From Candidatus Bathyarchaeum tardum (GTDB taxonomy: Archaea; Thermoproteota; Bathyarchaeia; Bathyarchaeales; Bathyarchaeaceae), in NCBI GenBank assembly GCA_024650005.2, contig CP122380.1:992001-1056000 (forward strand): a DNA stretch of 64,000 nucleotides, read 5' to 3'. The notes beneath the pieces are model-generated. The model made no database searches. It saw only the letters and a list, made by a program, of their open reading frames with translations, and was not told the DNA's origin. Shown here piece by piece: positions 59,554 through 64,000 of the stretch; position 1 is the first letter of the stretch, and every line of letters begins with the position of its first letter. A program made the translations under genes and the position numbers.

Positions 59554-61650
59554 TTATTCACACTTCTTTTTTTGTGCTAATGATTTTGGTTGGTATATGC
59601 ACCATGGGTCTTCTGCTAAGTAGTCTCCTTTTAGCTCTGTTGGTTCATGCAACGCTCCACAAAAGTCCATCTGATCCGTGGTTACTCCATACGCTCGGGC
59701 TCTGCATCCTCCACAGATTTCATTGTGTTCGCATTCGCCACATTTTCCTTTTAGTTTATTAAAGTCCCGTAACGCATTGAAAACTTCTGAGTTGAACCAT
59801 ATGTCTTTGAAGGATTTTTCCCGAATGTTTCCAAGATTAACTGGCATATATGGGCAAGGGGTGACCTCTCCTGACGGATAAATGCGACAATAATATAATC
59901 CTGCCATGCATCCCCGAACCCACCTGGACATATCTACTCCTTGGTCTTTGGCAACCCGCATGAACTGAGGGGCACATGAAGGCTTTACGTTCAATTTATA
60001 TTTTGTAGTTTTTGCCAAGGTTTTTGCAATCATTTCCTCGTACATATGTGGAGTAATATCTTGGATGTCTGTGCCCCTTCCAGTAGGTACCAAAAAGAAC
60101 AAATGGAAATTTTCAACCCCCAAATTTTCGGCTAGTGCCATTATGTCTTCCACTTCATCATAGTTTTGTTGGGTGACTGTACAATTTACTTGAACTTCTA
60201 TTCCTGCTTTTTTAAGAGCTTTAATAGCGTTTATCGCATGTTTCCAACAGCCTTTAACGCCGCGAAACTCATCATGGCGTTCAGGTTTGCTGGAGTCTAA
60301 ACTGATTGCAACAGTCCACATTCCGGCTTCCTTGAGCTTTTTTGCCACTTCGTCGTCGATAAGCATGCCATTGCTTCCCATGCCCATTCTTAGACCGCGG
60401 TCAGCACCGTACTTTATTATGTCGTAGATGTCTTCTCGTAGCAAAGGCTCGCCGCCACTGAGTATCAACAAAGGTTTGCTGACTTCAGTAATTTGGTGAA
60501 TAAGCATTTTCGATGCATCAGTGCTTAATTCATTCGTAGTTGTTGCTTTTGTTCCTTCGGCGTTGATGTAACAGTGGGCACACTTCAAATTACACCGCAA
60601 GGTCATGTTCCAAGAAATTACCAGTGGAACGTATTTTTCATTAATTGTTTTTTCTTCTGAATTAGGCGCAAGTTTGATTTGATATTCACATTTCCCATCA
60701 GTTGCCATTCTTAAAGGCTGAGAAACAGCCACTGGAAACGGAATAAACTTTCCAAACATGGACTGAGCATGGGCTTTACAAAAAATTTTACAGAAAAGTT
60801 GACCGCTTTGATTGCTTTTGCCGTTTTTTTGTTCCATGTATTTGTGGCTTCCATGGATTGGGCAGTTCAAGAAGCGCATGAACCCTCCCAGGTTTTTCAT
60901 ATCCATTTTATATTCAATGAAGTGGTCGCTGAGCATCAATTTTTGCAGTTTTTCTTTTGATAATCCAACTTTCAATGAAACTTCAAATGCTGAATCCACT
61001 GTTTTGTCGCCAAAGCTTTTCTGAACGCTTCTCATGCCTTTTGCAACTTGTTCAATGCCTAGATCTTCAACTATTTTTTCTATAATCAAAAATCCTTTGA
61101 TTGTTTCATATTCTTGACGCAAACGCATCTCAACAACGTGCAGGGTCCAGTCTTCAAAGAGATTTTGGATTTCTTCTAATGATTCTGGGGCATGTTGCTT
61201 TAGCAAATCTTCAACTTTTTTGGTTTTCTTACTTAATTTTCGAAAAAGATCAATTTTTTCTAATGCATCAGGAGCTGGACATTTAACGGATTTTACTGCA
61301 TTAGCATTTAACTTGATAATCCCGTCTAGTAATTCTTCTGTGTCTGAAACAAAATCAGCGTAAAATTGCCACAATTCATCTTCTATTTCTGGCTCATCAA
61401 CATTTAATTCTTCAAGAACAATTCTATGTTCTGAAGACATCTTACTTATCATGGCCATATGATACAGTAATGACCCCTCCATGCTGACGTCACTGTTTCT
61501 TCCTGAAGAGCCATGAAAAACCTCAGAAACTAAGCTTTTTGCTGTATCAAAATTGCCAGAAGATATGGCTTCTACTGCATTATCTATTTTCTTTTTTCTT
61601 TCCTTCAGCAGAAGTGCCCACTTGTGGCAATGTGCTTTATCGAATTTCGT
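59554..61650 (-). CDS. radical SAM/SPASM enzyme (AhbC/AhbD/NirJ-like) with N-terminal helical and V4R/MetOD1-like extension
   Basis: WNMTLRCNLKCAHCY, SGGEPL, FFLVPTGRG, GCMAG..PCPY..CGECEHNEICGGCRARA; frame stays open upstream of ATG 61482 to the SD near 61660. Confidence 0.85.
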   Translation of the reverse strand, partial: TKFDKAHCHKWALLLKERKKKIDNAVEAISSGNFDTAKSLVSEVFHGSSGRNSDVSMEGSLLYHMAMISKMSSEHRIVLEELNVDEPEIEDELWQFYADFVSDTEELLDGIIKLNANAVKSVKCPAPDALEKIDLFRKLSKKTKKVEDLLKQHAPESLEEIQNLFEDWTLHVVEMRLRQEYETIKGFLIIEKIVEDLGIEQVAKGMRSVQKSFGDKTVDSAFEVSLKVGLSKEKLQKLMLSDHFIEYKMDMKNLGGFMRFLNCPIHGSHKYMEQKNGKSNQSGQLFCKIFCKAHAQSMFGKFIPFPVAVSQPLRMATDGKCEYQIKLAPNSEEKTINEKYVPLVISWNMTLRCNLKCAHCYINAEGTKATTTNELSTDASKMLIHQITEVSKPLLILSGGEPLLREDIYDIIKYGADRGLRMGMGSNGMLIDDEVAKKLKEAGMWTVAISLDSSKPERHDEFRGVKGCWKHAINAIKALKKAGIEVQVNCTVTQQNYDEVEDIMALAENLGVENFHLFFLVPTGRGTDIQDITPHMYEEMIAKTLAKTTKYKLNVKPSCAPQFMRVAKDQGVDMSRWVRGCMAGLYYCRIYPSGEVTPCPYMPVNLGNIREKSFKDIWFNSEVFNALRDFNKLKGKCGECEHNEICGGCRARAYGVTTDQMDFCGALHEPTELKGDYLAEDPWCIYQPKSLAQKKKCE

Positions 61651-61757
61651 TAAAGTTTCCCTCTCCTGTTACGATTTAATGGCGTTAAAGCGTTAAGGAG
61701 TTATAAATTCTTTGATTTTCCCTGATATTCTTTTGTTATGTTAATTTTACGTCTGGT

Positions 61758-62150
61758 GTGTTAATTAAAACCAAAACAGTAACCATCTGCCGAATTATCA
61801 TTATGTCTTCTTTAGCTGTGCTAATTTCTTGGCTTATTACTGTTGGTATCCCCTTATTGCCTGTTATCGTAATCTTCATCGCAATGGCTTTAACAGTGAT
61901 CTTGAAACGAAAGGATAAACAACCCTCCGTGTTGACGAGAGACTCCAATTAATAAACGCAAAAACAGCAACATTATCGATAAATTTCTTTCTTTTGGGTA
62001 AAACAATTATTGGTTTATTTTTGTTAACCCTTTCTTATGCCTGATATTCTGATCTTTCTTTGTTGGGTTACTGCTGATTTTACTCAAACTGTTCATTGCT
62101 TGTTTTGAATCTAGTAATTGGAGCCTACTTCCTTAGGCAGTATGGGGTTA
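61758..62150 (+). pseudogene. DUF2178 membrane protein pseudogene
   Basis: TM helices, frameshift before VDERLQLINAKTA, internal TGA stops, ends YFLRQYG. Confidence 0.7.
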
Positions 62151-62157
62151 ACTGTGC

Positions 62158-62350
62158 TTGAAAACTAAACTGAAGGTGTATCGAGCAATGCATGACTTAA
62201 CACAAGAAGACCTTGCCTGAGCAATTGGAGTAACTCGGCAGACGTTGATAGCAAATGAGAACGGAAAATTGCACGCTACTTTAATGTTAGCATTGAAAAT
62301 GTTTTTATCTATGACGAAAATGATAAACAATTGAAAAGGGGACATTAAAG
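62158..62350 (+). pseudogene. XRE-family HTH regulator pseudogene
   Basis: MKTKLKVYRAMHDLTQEDLA*AIGVTRQTLIANENGK, deletion/frameshift, IARYFNVSIENVF. Confidence 0.85.
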
Positions 62351-62351
62351 G

Positions 62352-63134
62352 GTGAGCGATACTAAATCAAAGTTTGCAGTAAATATTGAAAATGTTTCTA
62401 AAAGTTTTGGAGCTGTTCAAGCAGTTAAAAAATTAGATTTACAAATCGATGCAGGAACAGTTTTTGGTTTTCTAGGTCCCAATGGTTCAGGCAAGTCTAC
62501 AACCATGAAAATGATAATGGGGCTATTGAAAGCAGACTCTGGGAACTTGCAAGTTTTTGGAATAAATGTCTTAAATGACCCTTGGGCCGTCAAAAAAATT
62601 GTTGGTTATGTTCCGGAAAGTCCCCGACTTTACACTTTTCTTACTGGATTGGAGTACTTAGATTTCATCGCCGATGTGTATGGTTTAGATGCGGCAACAA
62701 AGAAAACTAGAATCCATGGGTATCTAGAAGCCTTTAATTTAGAAAATCGTGAAAACGAAATGATCAGCGGTTATTCTCATGGCATGCAACAAAAAATCGC
62801 AATTATTGCTGCTTTATTACACAAGCCTCGACTTCTCATTCTTGATGAACCTCTTGGTGGGTTGGATCCCAAATCTGCACGAATTGTGAAAGACTTAATT
62901 CACAAACTAGCAAACGAAGGTGTAACCACAATTTTGAGTACTCATGTTTTGGAAATTGCTGATGCAGTCTGTGACAAGATAGCAATTTTGTATGATGGAG
63001 CAAAATTAGCGGAAGGCACTCCAGGTCAATTGCGTGAAGAATCTCAAATGCCTGAATCATCACTTGAAGAAATTTTCTTGAAGTTGACTGGTTCAAATGA
63101 CGTAAAAGACATTGTTCAAGCCCTCGGAAAATGA
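62352..63134 (+). CDS. ABC exporter ATP-binding protein
   Basis: GPNGSGKST, GYVPE, YSHGMQQK, LDEP, STH. Confidence 0.93.
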   Translation: MSDTKSKFAVNIENVSKSFGAVQAVKKLDLQIDAGTVFGFLGPNGSGKSTTMKMIMGLLKADSGNLQVFGINVLNDPWAVKKIVGYVPESPRLYTFLTGLEYLDFIADVYGLDAATKKTRIHGYLEAFNLENRENEMISGYSHGMQQKIAIIAALLHKPRLLILDEPLGGLDPKSARIVKDLIHKLANEGVTTILSTHVLEIADAVCDKIAILYDGAKLAEGTPGQLREESQMPESSLEEIFLKLTGSNDVKDIVQALGK

Positions 63135-63149
63135 GGTGGGTAACTGGCT

Positions 63150-64000
63150 TTGAATTTTAAACTTATTTTGCACTTTGCAAAAATTTTGGCGCTGGCTTCA
63201 GTTCGTTCAAAGAGAGTTAATGATTCTACTCCGAAAGGGTTTTCAAAATCCCCGCGAATAAATATCATCTTCGGTGTTGCATCTTTTGTAGTTGCAACCA
63301 TTGTTGCATACTTTTTTTCAACAGGCTTTCTAGCCGACCTTAATCTCGCTGTGTTCGTAGTTCAAATTGCAATCTTTCTTCCATCAATTATGACTTTAAT
63401 GGCTGTAATGTATGGAGTCTTGTATGAGTTCAGCCAATCATCCTCTGTGGGTTCATCCGATGTGATAAATTGGTTGCCCATATATCCTATTGAATTTGTT
63501 TTAGCTTCAGCACTTTCAATGCTTTACTTTTTAGCGCCTTTAATCGGTATAGTTTACGGTGCAGTAATAGGTTTATCGTTATCAGCAAACATGTTAGATG
63601 TAGGTCTTTTCGGCTTAGCTGTGAGCACTTTGGGATTGTTCTTGGGTACTTTCACCTTAGAAATTATGCGAGCAATAACAAATCGTGTATCATCTACTGT
63701 TTACAAGCGCACCGGTCGAACCACCGTAATCGTAAGAATGGTTATGTTTGTACTCATTTTCGTTGTGTACATGCTCTTAACTAATGTCAACTTCTTGTTT
63801 TCTATCCTTAACCAATTCATGGGTGGAATCCAGTCAGCATGGTTCATACCCGTTTTATGGCCATCATTAGCTGTAATGAGTTACCTCTCCACGCAAGTTT
63901 TAGAGCTGTTAGTATATTCCTTACTAAGTGTAGTACTAACACTATTGCTTCTTTGGACTGGAGTAAAATTTAGACACAAATACTGGGTTCCTGTACCCTT
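63150..64000 (+). CDS. ABC exporter permease, 5' part (runs off window)
   Basis: Multi-TM frame open to the window end after GAGGTG SD; SDVINWLPI motif. Confidence 0.75.
   Translation, partial: MNFKLILHFAKILALASVRSKRVNDSTPKGFSKSPRINIIFGVASFVVATIVAYFFSTGFLADLNLAVFVVQIAIFLPSIMTLMAVMYGVLYEFSQSSSVGSSDVINWLPIYPIEFVLASALSMLYFLAPLIGIVYGAVIGLSLSANMLDVGLFGLAVSTLGLFLGTFTLEIMRAITNRVSSTVYKRTGRTTVIVRMVMFVLIFVVYMLLTNVNFLFSILNQFMGGIQSAWFIPVLWPSLAVMSYLSTQVLELLVYSLLSVVLTLLLLWTGVKFRHKYWVPVP

Noticed and set aside
513-63301. Many antisense or nested ORFs in the track (e.g. 513-887, 31908-32564, 33752-34168, 49016-49399)
   Set aside because: Shadow frames of well-supported genes with no motifs of their own

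Overview
AT-rich archaeal chromosome segment. TFB, aIF1, L15e, RNase P subunits, GGR and archaeal pilins mark it as archaeal; Bathyarchaeia is my inference from protein style. Housekeeping genes: pyrD/pyrK, HemK-like, NIP7/NOP2, tfb, tRNA-Gln, dph6, rpl15e-rnp3-rnp2, thyA, mgsA. Accessory content: a type IV pilus locus flanked by two degenerate ATPases, a UPF0175/DUF3368 toxin-antitoxin pair, NikR with a ZnuABC-type importer, Ig/CARDB surface proteins, several pseudogenes (VOC, integrase, DUF2178-XRE) and several microproteins under 60 aa that the ORF track missed. The main candidate novelty is a nitrogen-control circuit with no PII/GlnK or NrpR in this window. glnA (divergent from an Lrp regulator, followed by two stand-alone Lrp ligand-binding domains) and two KaiC-like ATPase genes (one co-transcribed with amt, where glnK usually sits) share the same promoter layout: 14-bp TGAA-type boxes 15 and 45-46 bp upstream of a near-identical TATA element. 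A structured candidate sRNA lies between the two KaiC-like genes.
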